Of a stretch of 64,000 nucleotides of DNA, positions 46,867-56,732 are shown piece by piece; position 1 is the first letter of the stretch, and each line of letters starts with the position of its first letter. The stretch lies in contig CAWJWJ010000002.1 in assembly GCA_963846575.1 (NCBI GenBank), forward strand, positions 2,240,001 through 2,304,000. The letters are read 5' to 3'. The notes below the pieces were generated by a model. That model did no database searches. It worked only from the letters and a program-made list of their open reading frames with translations, and was not told where the DNA came from. Source of the DNA: an uncultured Nitrospiraceae bacterium (GTDB lineage: Bacteria > Nitrospirota > Nitrospiria > Nitrospirales > Nitrospiraceae). The position numbers were made by a program, and so were the translations under genes.

Positions 46867-48102
46867 CTAACCGCCATGCGTCACATGCCGGTAGAGCGCT
46901 TCGAACCGCTTCGCCTGCAGGCCCATATCGTACTCGGCCTCGGCGATTTCACGACAACGGAGTCCCAGGCGCCCTCGCAGGACCGCATCGTCCAACAGAC
47001 GGGCGATGCCCTGAGCAAGGTCACCGGCATCCTTGTAGCGTGCGAGATACCCCGTCTCCATGTGACGGACGACTTCTCCGACTCCGCCGACATCAAACGC
47101 CACGACTGGCGTTCCACAGGCCAGGCTTTCGAGCACACCATTCGGGAGGTTATCCGCGAGGGCCGGATGGACGAATACGTCCGCAGCCGAATAGAGCGTG
47201 GCCAACAGGTGGTCGTCCTTCACCATATTGATGGCCGTCACGGGAACGCCGGCCACCGTTTCCCATTCTCGCGCCCGGTTGCCAACCACCAACAGGCGAA
47301 AGCGTTTCCCGAACCGTTCCTTGAGCAGACTGACGGCCTCGGCCACGAACGTTCCCCCTTTCCGATAGGCTCGGGTTTCCACCGAGCTGAACAGGACGAC
47401 CTGCTCGTCCGGCGGTAGCCCCAAGACCTCGCGCGCAGCCGCCCGGCTGATCGGTCGAAAGAGGTGCACATCGATCCCGTTGGGAATCATCTCCAGCGGC
47501 CAATGGCCCACAAGCGGACTCTGCCTGGCCAGCCCGGCAATCCAACGGGAGGGGGCAACCAGGGTGACATTCGCGTTCGCATAGAGACGTTGCTTCGTCC
47601 GCCACAGCAACGCCGTTCGATCCGTCTTCAAGGGCGGTTCATCGCCGAGCAGCGGGCAAGACCCGCAGCCGGCCTTCCACCGGTCGCAGTCATAGGAATA
47701 ACAGCAGTGGCCTGTAAACGGCCACATGTCCGACAGCCGCCAGACGAAGGGCTTCCGCCGGCTGGCGACGCCCAGCACGGAGTGACTGAAATACCCGCCA
47801 TGCGTGTTGTACAGCTGCACCACGTCGGCAGCGCGAAACCAGGGATGCCGGAGCATCATCCAGCTGGACGGCAGGAACAGATACTGGAGGCTCAGGGCTT
47901 CGGTGGCCCGGCGGGCGGCCCAGTCTGCCGCCCGCCAGGGCAGAGTCCCCCAAATCGGTCCGGCATCGTGAGCATCGGGCACCTTCTGCGACACGAGCAT
48001 GCGCGATGTATGGCCCCGCTGGATCAGGCTGGAATGAATCCGATACGCGGCCCGTCCGGACCCGCCCAGATTGTACTCGGTACTGAGGTGGAGAATGTTC
48101 AT
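46867..48102 (-). CDS. GT4 glycosyltransferase (WcaC-like)
   Basis: GG.GRAA.RIH, W.L.DMWPFTG.C.Y, PSRW, IPNGID, DNLPN..LESLACGTPVV. Confidence 0.9.
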   Translation of the reverse strand: MNILHLSTEYNLGGSGRAAYRIHSSLIQRGHTSRMLVSQKVPDAHDAGPIWGTLPWRAADWAARRATEALSLQYLFLPSSWMMLRHPWFRAADVVQLYNTHGGYFSHSVLGVASRRKPFVWRLSDMWPFTGHCCYSYDCDRWKAGCGSCPLLGDEPPLKTDRTALLWRTKQRLYANANVTLVAPSRWIAGLARQSPLVGHWPLEMIPNGIDVHLFRPISRAAAREVLGLPPDEQVVLFSSVETRAYRKGGTFVAEAVSLLKERFGKRFRLLVVGNRAREWETVAGVPVTAINMVKDDHLLATLYSAADVFVHPALADNLPNGVLESLACGTPVVAFDVGGVGEVVRHMETGYLARYKDAGDLAQGIARLLDDAVLRGRLGLRCREIAEAEYDMGLQAKRFEALYRHVTHGG

Positions 48103-48139
48103 ATCGGTCTGGAGGGATGCGAACTCGAAATTGAGGTGT

Positions 48140-48886
48140 CTACTGGACACGTCGCCCGATAAACAGCAAGTGGGGATCGTCGTCATTTGCCGACGCGCCG
48201 GATACCAACCGCCGCAACTGCCGTAACAATCGTCCCGGCCGACGCGCGCCAAAATTCTCAGCCCGGCAGAGCAGCGTCGACATGCCGTACCCTTGTAACA
48301 GGTCAGGCAGCGTCGTCCTATCAAAGGCGCTCACGTGCTGCCAGGGATGGAAGACCCCGCCGCAGTCCGGGCACAGGGTGCTCACCCGTTCGAGATCTTC
48401 CCGGTGAGGCGTCGTCAATACCAGAAACCCTCCCACCCGCAGCAGGCGCTGAATTTCCCGCAACGTCGCTTCCTTTTGCGGCTCCAGCAAATGTTCGATC
48501 ACCTCAACCATGAACAGCACATCGACCGTGCCGGTCTCGATCGCACAAGGCAGTTCGTGAGCGACCGTCACTCCTCCGAATGTCTGGAACGATTCACAGC
48601 GTTTCCTAGCCTTCTCCGCCGAGTCGGGAGAAAATTCGATTCCCTCGGCACGGACGCCGAGCCGTAACAGGTGCTCGATGAGAAAACCGGGCCCGCAGCC
48701 GTAATCCACAACCCGTCCGGCCTGGAGCGGGACCCAACGACGTGCCACCTCGATCAGACGCGGACCGAACATCCCACTGAAGTACGAACGTTCCGCGTGG
48801 GGCGTGCTGGTCAGATAGCCCCAGAATCGACCGACCTTCTCGGCCGTCCATTGAACTCGATGCACATTAAACTGACTCATGGTCAT
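48140..48886 (-). CDS. Class I SAM-dependent methyltransferase
   Basis: VVDYGCGPG, GIEFS, EVIEHL, GG.LVLTTP, CPDC. Confidence 0.88.
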   Translation of the reverse strand: MTMSQFNVHRVQWTAEKVGRFWGYLTSTPHAERSYFSGMFGPRLIEVARRWVPLQAGRVVDYGCGPGFLIEHLLRLGVRAEGIEFSPDSAEKARKRCESFQTFGGVTVAHELPCAIETGTVDVLFMVEVIEHLLEPQKEATLREIQRLLRVGGFLVLTTPHREDLERVSTLCPDCGGVFHPWQHVSAFDRTTLPDLLQGYGMSTLLCRAENFGARRPGRLLRQLRRLVSGASANDDDPHLLFIGRRVQ

Positions 48887-48907
48887 CTGCGCTCCACGAA
48901 GGGCCCA

Positions 48908-50875
48908 TCAACAGAGATCTTGCCACGAGTAACTAGGGGTATCCCGTTCCCGTTGCTCGATGAATAACACATGCCAAATCTGGAACATCAACGCGGTCCA
49001 CACCTGGGCATGATAGTCGGCCCGCCCCTCACAATGCGGCCGCACATAGGCATCATAAAAGCCCGGGCGGAAGATGCCTTGCGCATGAAGGCGTTCCGGC
49101 GCGAGAAGCCGTTCGGCCAGGGGGCGCAATGGCTTTCGCAGCCACATCGCAGTCGGAATCACGAACCCCCGTTTCTTGGCCTGGAGGACGTCATCAGGCA
49201 TCAGATCGGCGACAGCCTTCCTCAACAAATACTTTGGATCCTCGGCTCTCGTGCGAATCTTTGATGGCACCCGGCACATCAGTTCCACAAATCGATGGTC
49301 TAGAAACGGCGTCCTGGCTTCGAGGGCATGCGCCATCGAGAGCCGATCGGTCATCAACAGAAACTCCTCGGGTAACTGACTGGCGAATGCGACAAATGCC
49401 GAGGCGTTTCTGGGATCCCTGCTCCCGGACGACTTGTAGAAGTCCTCGAGCAGGTCCGATGTGTCGGCCACGCCCTGCCCTGCCCCGTCGTCAAGAAAGA
49501 CCGTGCTCCGCTTCAGGTCGTCGGGGAAATAAAAAAACTCGTTGAAATAGCACCAGCGGAACGGGTCGTCTTTCAGCCTCGGCCAGTTCAGCCATTCGTG
49601 TTTCTTCCGGAAACCGACCATGCGGTCAGGCAGGGCCCGCAGGAGCGGAGCCAGCCTGCTCCACAGCGGCGCACACTGTCGAGCCGCAGCAGACGCGCCC
49701 TCCCCGCCCGGGCCGGAACCTGCCCCCCCAACACGCTCCAGTCTTCTGAAGCGGCCGTAATCGCCAAATAATTCATCACCCCCGCTACCCGTGAGTCCGA
49801 CCTTCACTTGCTGACTCATGAATTGGAACACATACCAAGAGGGGAGCCCGCCCCCATAGGGTTCATCAAGGTGCCAGACCATCTTCACAAGATCGCGCAA
49901 CAGCTCTGCCGGTTCAAGCACCAACTCATGGTGTTCGGTTCCCCACCGTTCCGCCACCTTTCGCGCCTGCGGCAATTCATTCAGTGACTCTTCGCCCGCG
50001 CCCGTAAATCCCAGTGAATATGTCCGGAGCGGGGCCGAGCCCAGTTCGGCCAAGAGCCCGACGATCGCAGCGGAATCCAATCCGCCCGAGAGTGAGCACC
50101 CGACGGGAACGTCGCTGAGCACCCAACGGCGGACCGCCTCTTTGAGTTCGTAGCGGATGAGCTCCGTCCATTCGGCTTCCGACCGGTTCTCCTCCCGTTC
50201 AAACGTCACCTGCCAGTAACGCCTGACCAGCATCTGCCTGCGGCGGAGATCGTATCGAAACCAATGCCCCGGGGGCACACGCTGAACGCCTTTCAGAATC
50301 GAGTCGGCCCCGGGGACGAAGCGAAGGCTCATGTAGTGAAAGAGGCTGTGCCGATTGATTTCGCGCGAGACCTCCGGCACCAGCAGGAGGCTCTTGAGCT
50401 CAGAAGCGAAGGCAAAGCGCGACGGCTGCTCAACGTAATACAGGGGCTTGATTCCCATCCGATCACGGGCCCCGAACAGCAGGCCACGCCGGCGGTCGTA
50501 CATCACAAATGCGAACATGCCGTTGAGATCTTCCAGCATGTCTTCCTGTTTCCGGTCATACAGATGGAGCAGGACCTCCGTATCGGAATTGGCGGTGACG
50601 AACACCGCCCCCTGAGCTTCGAGGCGCCGGCGAAGCTCCGGCGAATTAAAAATCTCCCCGTTGTACACCACCCATACCGATCCATCCGCGTTCGACATGG
50701 GCTGATGCCCATGGGCCACATCCAGCACGCTCAGGCGCCTCATCGCGAGCGCGACCCGGTTCGTCTCGTCGTGATAGATCCCTTCATCATCCGGGCCCCG
50801 GTGAACCAGCAGCCGGGTCATGGCCTTGATGTGGCTCGATGCCCCCTCCCCGACAAGTCCTGCGATCCCGCACAT
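48908..50875 (-). CDS. asnB: Asparagine synthase-like glutamine amidotransferase (polysaccharide amidation, WbpS-like)
   Basis: MCGIAG, HRGPD, NGEIFN, SDTEV, LSGGLDS, G.GGDELF, R.PFLD. Confidence 0.93.
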   Translation of the reverse strand: MCGIAGLVGEGASSHIKAMTRLLVHRGPDDEGIYHDETNRVALAMRRLSVLDVAHGHQPMSNADGSVWVVYNGEIFNSPELRRRLEAQGAVFVTANSDTEVLLHLYDRKQEDMLEDLNGMFAFVMYDRRRGLLFGARDRMGIKPLYYVEQPSRFAFASELKSLLLVPEVSREINRHSLFHYMSLRFVPGADSILKGVQRVPPGHWFRYDLRRRQMLVRRYWQVTFEREENRSEAEWTELIRYELKEAVRRWVLSDVPVGCSLSGGLDSAAIVGLLAELGSAPLRTYSLGFTGAGEESLNELPQARKVAERWGTEHHELVLEPAELLRDLVKMVWHLDEPYGGGLPSWYVFQFMSQQVKVGLTGSGGDELFGDYGRFRRLERVGGAGSGPGGEGASAAARQCAPLWSRLAPLLRALPDRMVGFRKKHEWLNWPRLKDDPFRWCYFNEFFYFPDDLKRSTVFLDDGAGQGVADTSDLLEDFYKSSGSRDPRNASAFVAFASQLPEEFLLMTDRLSMAHALEARTPFLDHRFVELMCRVPSKIRTRAEDPKYLLRKAVADLMPDDVLQAKKRGFVIPTAMWLRKPLRPLAERLLAPERLHAQGIFRPGFYDAYVRPHCEGRADYHAQVWTALMFQIWHVLFIEQRERDTPSYSWQDLC

Positions 50876-50890
50876 CCCTATCGATCCATC

Positions 50891-52630
50891 CTACGCATGA
50901 GGTGGCACACCCTCGACGACGAAGTCCTCCCGGCCGCCATGAATCCATTGCGAGAGCGCAAGGAGATCGGGCGCGGATCTGAGGTCCTGGGAATCGCCCA
51001 GACACATCCGCGTCTGCAAGCTGGCTTTGGCATCCCGCTGATATTCGAGCGTGACGGACCGGAGGTGGAACGGACGCTGCACAAAGACCCCGTAGGCAAA
51101 TCGCTCCGCCAACTCCCGTTGCGCCGCCGCGAGCGGAGGAATGTCCTGGATATGCGCCAGGCGGTCTAAGTACTGCGCGGTCGAATCGGAATCGATCGTG
51201 AAACCGAGACGGTCAAAGCGACCGGTACCCGCGGTGAGTACGGGAATCCCGAAACTGGCCGCCTCAATTCCGACCGTACCGCGCACGGTGACACAGTAGT
51301 CCATCACGGAGTAGAGGGACAGCGTGCTCATGGGAGTGTGTGGCTGGATGACGTGGATATGCCCGGGCAAGACCTCGCTGATGGAGGCGATCGCCGTCAT
51401 CTCCAACGGGGGGGTGTGTATCCCGTCCCGAACGTTCTTAACCATGTTGGCCGGATGAATTTTTACGATCCAGTTCACGGCGGTGTTGGCGCAAGCGACG
51501 CGCATGGTTTCGCGGAACCATTCCTCATAGCTGCTGAACAGATCCGTGCCCCAGAAGAAGGTCCCGTCCCAGAAGATATGCGGAAAGATGACCGCCGTCT
51601 TTTTTGCCGGATCGGTCGTCAGTGCGGCGCGCACTTCTGCCGCATCCTGCACCCGCGTGTGAAACTGCGTCCCGACTTCGCTATACCACTCCCCTTTCAC
51701 GTAACTTCCGACGATTTCCTCCCGGAGAGACTCCGACTGTTTCGCCCCCCAGGGACGTGTCTTCACCGTCTCCCAGGTGTCCGGCGCGAGGGAGGCCGGA
51801 TGCACATCGCGGTTCTTCTGGTTGTAGCGCTTGAACATCAAGGTATTGTTTCTGTGGGCGGCATTCCAGGTAATGGTATCGATTTCGGCGGCCAGGCACA
51901 GGTCATACAATTCTCCCCGGGGGGAATACCCCACATCGATCGTCAGAGCAAGATCGGGCTTCAACGCGTCCAGCACGCGCTTGGAGGCCTCCGCACACTC
52001 GACCGCGCGGCGGAGAAACGGAAGCAGCGACTGTCGAGTGGAAGGGGACGCCAGATCGAGGCGGCCGACCCGGAGGTGCCGAAGCGCGGTGGAGGCCGCA
52101 TATTTGCCGACCCGGACCCCCTGATACTCCAACCCAACAAAGTGCTGGAACGTGTTCACCGAGGCCAGGAGCGAAGCAGCCAGAGCCGTGTCACTGGCTT
52201 CCAAGAACTCATCCCAGAAGTACACGGCGTCGACGCCGCAGTGGCGGTAGTACCGCTCCGTCCAAGGATCGTATTCGGCCAGCACGACGGGACGGAACCC
52301 GGCCAGTTCACAGGCCTTGACCAGAGCCAGTTCGACGAGCAATGCGTGCCGCCCCGTATTGACCACGAGGACAGAGGGGAGATCGGCGATGGGAGGAAAC
52401 AGGCGTTGTTGGAAGAGACGGCCCTGGCCCTGACAGAACAGCGCGAAGTCTACCGCCTGCTGGCGTTCTTCCCGACGAAAGGTTGCGTCCGAAAGCCGTC
52501 GAATGCCCCCCCATACGCTCCGCGCATGAGGCAGCAGACCCGCTTGCCTGAACAGTTTCTTGAGAGAGCTTTTGGAAACCTTCCAACTCATACAGGACGA
52601 GAAGCCGGTCTTGATGACGAACTCACGCAC
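50891..52630 (-). CDS. Capsule-biosynthesis (KpsS/Capsule_synth-like) protein, candidate nonulosonate transferase
   Basis: FPH..WD, WIVKIHP, T..GTVG.EAA..G.PV; adjacent to neu genes. Confidence 0.6.
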   Translation of the reverse strand: MREFVIKTGFSSCMSWKVSKSSLKKLFRQAGLLPHARSVWGGIRRLSDATFRREERQQAVDFALFCQGQGRLFQQRLFPPIADLPSVLVVNTGRHALLVELALVKACELAGFRPVVLAEYDPWTERYYRHCGVDAVYFWDEFLEASDTALAASLLASVNTFQHFVGLEYQGVRVGKYAASTALRHLRVGRLDLASPSTRQSLLPFLRRAVECAEASKRVLDALKPDLALTIDVGYSPRGELYDLCLAAEIDTITWNAAHRNNTLMFKRYNQKNRDVHPASLAPDTWETVKTRPWGAKQSESLREEIVGSYVKGEWYSEVGTQFHTRVQDAAEVRAALTTDPAKKTAVIFPHIFWDGTFFWGTDLFSSYEEWFRETMRVACANTAVNWIVKIHPANMVKNVRDGIHTPPLEMTAIASISEVLPGHIHVIQPHTPMSTLSLYSVMDYCVTVRGTVGIEAASFGIPVLTAGTGRFDRLGFTIDSDSTAQYLDRLAHIQDIPPLAAAQRELAERFAYGVFVQRPFHLRSVTLEYQRDAKASLQTRMCLGDSQDLRSAPDLLALSQWIHGGREDFVVEGVPPHA

Positions 52631-53629
52631 CTAGGTCATCTCATCGATGAGGTACGGCAACTCCGTACTTTCCCATTTCTCAAAGATACTGTTCTTCTCG
52701 ATGATCCGCCGGATGCCGTCTTCCAGCGACACGCGCGATTCGAATCCCAGCAATCGTTTGGCTTTCTCCCCGGAGCAGTAGCGGCGGTGGATCTCACGGC
52801 TCGCATGGCGGTCCGTGCCCTGAAAGTCGCCGGCATATTTGATCTCGACCGACGGATTGCCGCTCGCCTTGACAACGAGGTCCGCCAGGTCCGTGAGCGA
52901 AATCGGCCGCTCGCTGTTCCCGAGATTGATCACCTGGCCGCCCGCCTCCGGCCTCAGCAGCGCCTCGACCACCCCGCGCCCCGTATCCTCGCTGTAACAG
53001 TACGATCGGATCTGATCGCCGCTTCCGTTGATCACGATGGGTTTGCCCGTCATCGCATTCTGAATAAACTTGGGCAGCACGAACTGCGCCGCCTGGTAGG
53101 GCCCGTAGGCGTTGAAGAACCGCAGAATGACCTGTTCGAAGCCGGGGTACCGCTGCGCATACCCGATGCAAAGTTCCTCGCCGGCCAGTTTACTGATGGC
53201 GTAGACCGTCTTCCCCTGCGTGATGGTGTCCTCGGTGATGGGATTTTCGAGCGGCTCGCCGTACACCTCCGATGAGGAGGCGAACACGAGGCGCTTCACG
53301 CGATGCTGGATCGCGCAATCCAACACCCGCTTCGTCCCCTCCACGTTGATTTCGAGACAACGCAGCCGGTTGACCTCGGTGCGCCGCACGCCGAGCAGGG
53401 CAGCCAGATGAATCACGGCACCACACCCGTCCATGGCTTCCCTGATCGAGGAGACATCCAGAATCGACCCGTAGAAAACCTTCACGTTGGACGGCAGCGC
53501 TCCCCTGACCCGGGCGATCTGCTCGCCGAGATCCAGCAGGTGAACTTTGATGCCGCGCCGGTCTAACTCGCGACAGACCTGAATCCCGATACACCCTGCA
53601 CCGCCGGTGACCAACACTGGAGCGTTCAT
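52631..53629 (-). CDS. NAD-dependent nucleotide-sugar epimerase/dehydratase
   Basis: TGGAGCIG, HLAA, ASSSEVYG, YAISK, RFFNAYGP. Confidence 0.92.
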   Translation of the reverse strand: MNAPVLVTGGAGCIGIQVCRELDRRGIKVHLLDLGEQIARVRGALPSNVKVFYGSILDVSSIREAMDGCGAVIHLAALLGVRRTEVNRLRCLEINVEGTKRVLDCAIQHRVKRLVFASSSEVYGEPLENPITEDTITQGKTVYAISKLAGEELCIGYAQRYPGFEQVILRFFNAYGPYQAAQFVLPKFIQNAMTGKPIVINGSGDQIRSYCYSEDTGRGVVEALLRPEAGGQVINLGNSERPISLTDLADLVVKASGNPSVEIKYAGDFQGTDRHASREIHRRYCSGEKAKRLLGFESRVSLEDGIRRIIEKNSIFEKWESTELPYLIDEMT

Positions 53630-53648
53630 AAAAGACCTGTTCCTCTAA

Positions 53649-54800
53649 TCAATAGGTCATTTGTTTGTTGAGGAGCGTGCCGAGGTCGACCTCTTCCAGA
53701 ACCCGACAGATCCGTTCCGAACTGTTGCCGTCGCCGTAGGGATTCTCACAGGTTTGGAGCGCCTGCCGAAAGGCCGGATCATGCAAGGCCTGCCCGATCG
53801 CCGGCCCGATCAGCCGCCGGTCGAATTCAGGGATCGTGAGCACGTTGCAGGCGCGCATCCGCCCCGTCTGACGGCTGCCAATATCCAGGGCCGGCAGTTT
53901 GAACGAGGGGGCCTCGAGGATGCCGACGCTGCTGTTTCCGATCAGGAGGGACACGGCCGTCAACAGGCTCAGAAACACGTCGCGGTCGAGGTTGCGGAAC
54001 GTCCTGATCGTCGGGACCTGTTCATACTGGCGAATGACGCTGATGATCTCCTGCCCCGCGGCATCGACATTGGGATAGATCACCAGAGCGGGATGGCCGC
54101 TGTCCTTCACGGCGGCCAGCGTCTCTTCCATTTGCTTCCTGGCCAGATGCACTTCCGCCAGGACGGGATGCTGGATCACCAGCAGCACCGGCTGCTCGAA
54201 GTCGAGGCCGAACCGCTTCGTCAACTCGGCCCGTCCCAGTGTTTTGCCATGCACGACGTCGTCGAGCTGGGGAGCGCCCACGTTGAAGATCCGCCAGGGC
54301 TGCTCGCCCATCTTGCGTACCCGTTCGGCGGAGTCTTCACAGGAGGGCAGATGGATGTGCGCAAGCTTGGTGATGGCATGGCGGGCGGAACCGTCGATGT
54401 GGCCGGACAGGTCTCCGGATTGAATATGGGCGACGGGAATGTTCATGTAGGCGGCTGTGACGGTCGCGGCCAGAATCTCCGCCCGATCGCCGGCCACCAG
54501 GAGGAGATCCGGCTTCAGCATATCGAAGACCTGCGCCAGCCCCTGCATTTCCACGCCCAACGATTTCGACCAGGCCGTGGGGGTATCCCCGCCCACATAC
54601 ATCTCCACCCGCGCTGCCGGAGTGAATCCGTCTCTGACGATCTCCTGGATCGACGAGCCGTATTCCTTCAATAAGTGCATGCCGGTCACGATAAGCTGCA
54701 GTTCCAGCCGGTCGGACCGCTCGATCAACTGCATCACTCGCTTGATGTAACCGTAGGTGGCCCTGGCTTCGGACACCACGGCAATCTTGCGCCGCGTCAT
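53649..54800 (-). CDS. neuC: Hydrolysing UDP/GDP-sugar 2-epimerase (NeuC/LegG family)
   Basis: VTGMHL..YG, GDR.E, HIQSGD.SG.ID...RHAITKLAH, GNSS.GI.EAP, IG.RQ.GR, PYGDG. Confidence 0.9.
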   Translation of the reverse strand: MTRRKIAVVSEARATYGYIKRVMQLIERSDRLELQLIVTGMHLLKEYGSSIQEIVRDGFTPAARVEMYVGGDTPTAWSKSLGVEMQGLAQVFDMLKPDLLLVAGDRAEILAATVTAAYMNIPVAHIQSGDLSGHIDGSARHAITKLAHIHLPSCEDSAERVRKMGEQPWRIFNVGAPQLDDVVHGKTLGRAELTKRFGLDFEQPVLLVIQHPVLAEVHLARKQMEETLAAVKDSGHPALVIYPNVDAAGQEIISVIRQYEQVPTIRTFRNLDRDVFLSLLTAVSLLIGNSSVGILEAPSFKLPALDIGSRQTGRMRACNVLTIPEFDRRLIGPAIGQALHDPAFRQALQTCENPYGDGNSSERICRVLEEVDLGTLLNKQMTY

Positions 54801-55843
54801 GCGTTCAATTGCTCCCAGCGGATCTGGCTGTCCTTGGGGATGTCCACCTGCGCCACCTTGCCGATGACCTTCTTCAGGTCCTTCGCGGGCACCACGCCGG
54901 GCCCGGGACTCGGGCGTTTGACCCACACCATCTCGTTGGTAATCACGCTGCCGCGCGGGATCGCCACCTCGGACACGACGCTTTCACGCGCCCAGGCCAC
55001 GATCTCCCGCTCTTCCGGAAAAATAATCCGATCCGCGCCCCTGGCGCGGAAGACGGCGTCCACGCCCCTGACCAACTCGCTCAACTCATCCGGCTCGATC
55101 GACACGGGATGATCCGGCCCCGGTTGCTGCCGGTCCAGCGTGAAGTGCTTCTCCACGACGCAGGCATCCAAGGCCACGGCTCCGATCGCCGTGTAGATTC
55201 CTCGCGAATGGTCCGACAGGCCGACGGGGACGGAGAAGAGGTCTCGATACCGTCCGATCATCCCAAGGTTCACCCGGTCATAGGGCGTCGGATAGGCCGA
55301 CACGCAGTGCGTCAGGGCGAACGGCGTATTCAATGATTTGAGCAATGCGACCGTCTCTCCGACCTCGTCAATCGTACACATGCCGGTCGAGACGATCATG
55401 GGCTTTCCCTTCCGGCCGATGTGCTCGATGAGCGGCAGGTTGGTCAGTTCCCCGGAGCCCGTCTTGTAAGCCACGACCCCGAGTTCTTCGAGAATATCGG
55501 CCCCCACCCGGCTGAAGGGCGTGCAGAGATACAAAATGCCCAGCGTCTCGCAGAGCCGCTTGAGTTCCCGGTGCTGGTCGATCGACAGGTTCGTCTTGTC
55601 GAGCGTGACGTAGAGGGGCTCGGCGAAATTCGCCGATTGCGGCGTGTCCCGCAGCATCTCGTTGTTCAACACGTGGATCTGGAACTTGATGATGTGGGCG
55701 CCCATGGCATGGGCGATGTAGACCATGCGCTTCGCGGTCTCGAAATCGCCCTGGTGATTGACCGCGGCCTCGGCGATGACGAGCGGAGGGTGGTTCGGTC
55801 CGATGCGATGGGGGCCGATGTGAATGGGGGCAATCTCAGCCAT
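54797..55843 (-). CDS. neuB: N-acetylneuraminate/nonulosonate synthase with SAF domain
   Basis: IAEA..NHQG, KFQ, TPF, K.GSGE, STGM, HC.S.YP, GLSDH, EKHFTLD, KRP. Confidence 0.93.
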   Translation of the reverse strand: MAEIAPIHIGPHRIGPNHPPLVIAEAAVNHQGDFETAKRMVYIAHAMGAHIIKFQIHVLNNEMLRDTPQSANFAEPLYVTLDKTNLSIDQHRELKRLCETLGILYLCTPFSRVGADILEELGVVAYKTGSGELTNLPLIEHIGRKGKPMIVSTGMCTIDEVGETVALLKSLNTPFALTHCVSAYPTPYDRVNLGMIGRYRDLFSVPVGLSDHSRGIYTAIGAVALDACVVEKHFTLDRQQPGPDHPVSIEPDELSELVRGVDAVFRARGADRIIFPEEREIVAWARESVVSEVAIPRGSVITNEMVWVKRPSPGPGVVPAKDLKKVIGKVAQVDIPKDSQIRWEQLNA

Positions 55844-56528
55844 GATGATCCTCCGCAAGGCGTTGCGCGAGCACCGCTTCCGCCACGATAAAATCCAATG
55901 GTTCGTTGATGTCGACGGCCTCGCGCGGGTCTTCCACAACCAGACCCTGTCTCGTCCGGCCCAGCACCGACCGGTCGCGCTCCAATGCGCCGGTTCGCGT
56001 CACGTAGACCGTGCTGCTTTCCTCAAACAACGGGCGGCGTTCCTGCCGGCGCCGCGGCTGATCGGGAAACAGATATTCGAACCGGCCGTCTTCCAGCCGT
56101 CCATAACATTTCCTGGTTTCGGTGACCGTCATCACGCAATCGACTTCCCCATGCGTGATGGCTGCCTCGATGCACCGGTCGATCAGCGCCGTCGTCCTGA
56201 ACGGCGACGTCGGCTCCAGGGTGACCACATACTCAGGCCGATACCCCTGCTTCCCCAAGACCTCCAAGACCTGCAAGAGCGCCCCTTCCGTCGGTGCCTG
56301 ATCGGTAGCCAGGTCCGCCGGTCGATCGATGACCTCGGCGCCATGGTCGCGCGCCACTTGTGCGATCTCCGGATGGTCGGTCGAGACAACGCAGCGATCG
56401 AGGTACCGGGACTGCTTCGCGGCCCGGATCGTAAAGGCCAGCAGCGGCGTCCCGTTGAGGGGTCGGATGTTTTTCAGCGGGATCGATTTCGACCCGCCGC
56501 GAGCGGGAATCACCGCAAGCACGTGCAT
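55836..56528 (-). CDS. neuA: Acylneuraminate cytidylyltransferase
   Basis: IPARGGSK.IP.KN, VSTD, RP..LA.D, PTSP.R, DI. Confidence 0.93.
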   Translation of the reverse strand: MHVLAVIPARGGSKSIPLKNIRPLNGTPLLAFTIRAAKQSRYLDRCVVSTDHPEIAQVARDHGAEVIDRPADLATDQAPTEGALLQVLEVLGKQGYRPEYVVTLEPTSPFRTTALIDRCIEAAITHGEVDCVMTVTETRKCYGRLEDGRFEYLFPDQPRRRQERRPLFEESSTVYVTRTGALERDRSVLGRTRQGLVVEDPREAVDINEPLDFIVAEAVLAQRLAEDHHG

Positions 56529-56732
56529 TACGCTGTCTCAGGTTTAACAGGAGGAGGTTCTTGGATCGCCTCCCCATGGACGATATGTACGCCTTGAACG
56601 TGCCTCACCAACTGTGACCGGCGCCGGGCATTGGGAGGGTGTCGCATCGTACAAGGCAAAGTCGAGACTCTTCAACGCAAATCGCTTCGAGGATGGTGAA
56701 ATCAGAAGCCCTTCACTTCAAGACGCCAGCCG

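Noticed and set aside
51338..53275. 645-aa + strand ORF
   Set aside because: Antisense to two well-supported in-register - strand genes; no recognisable domain
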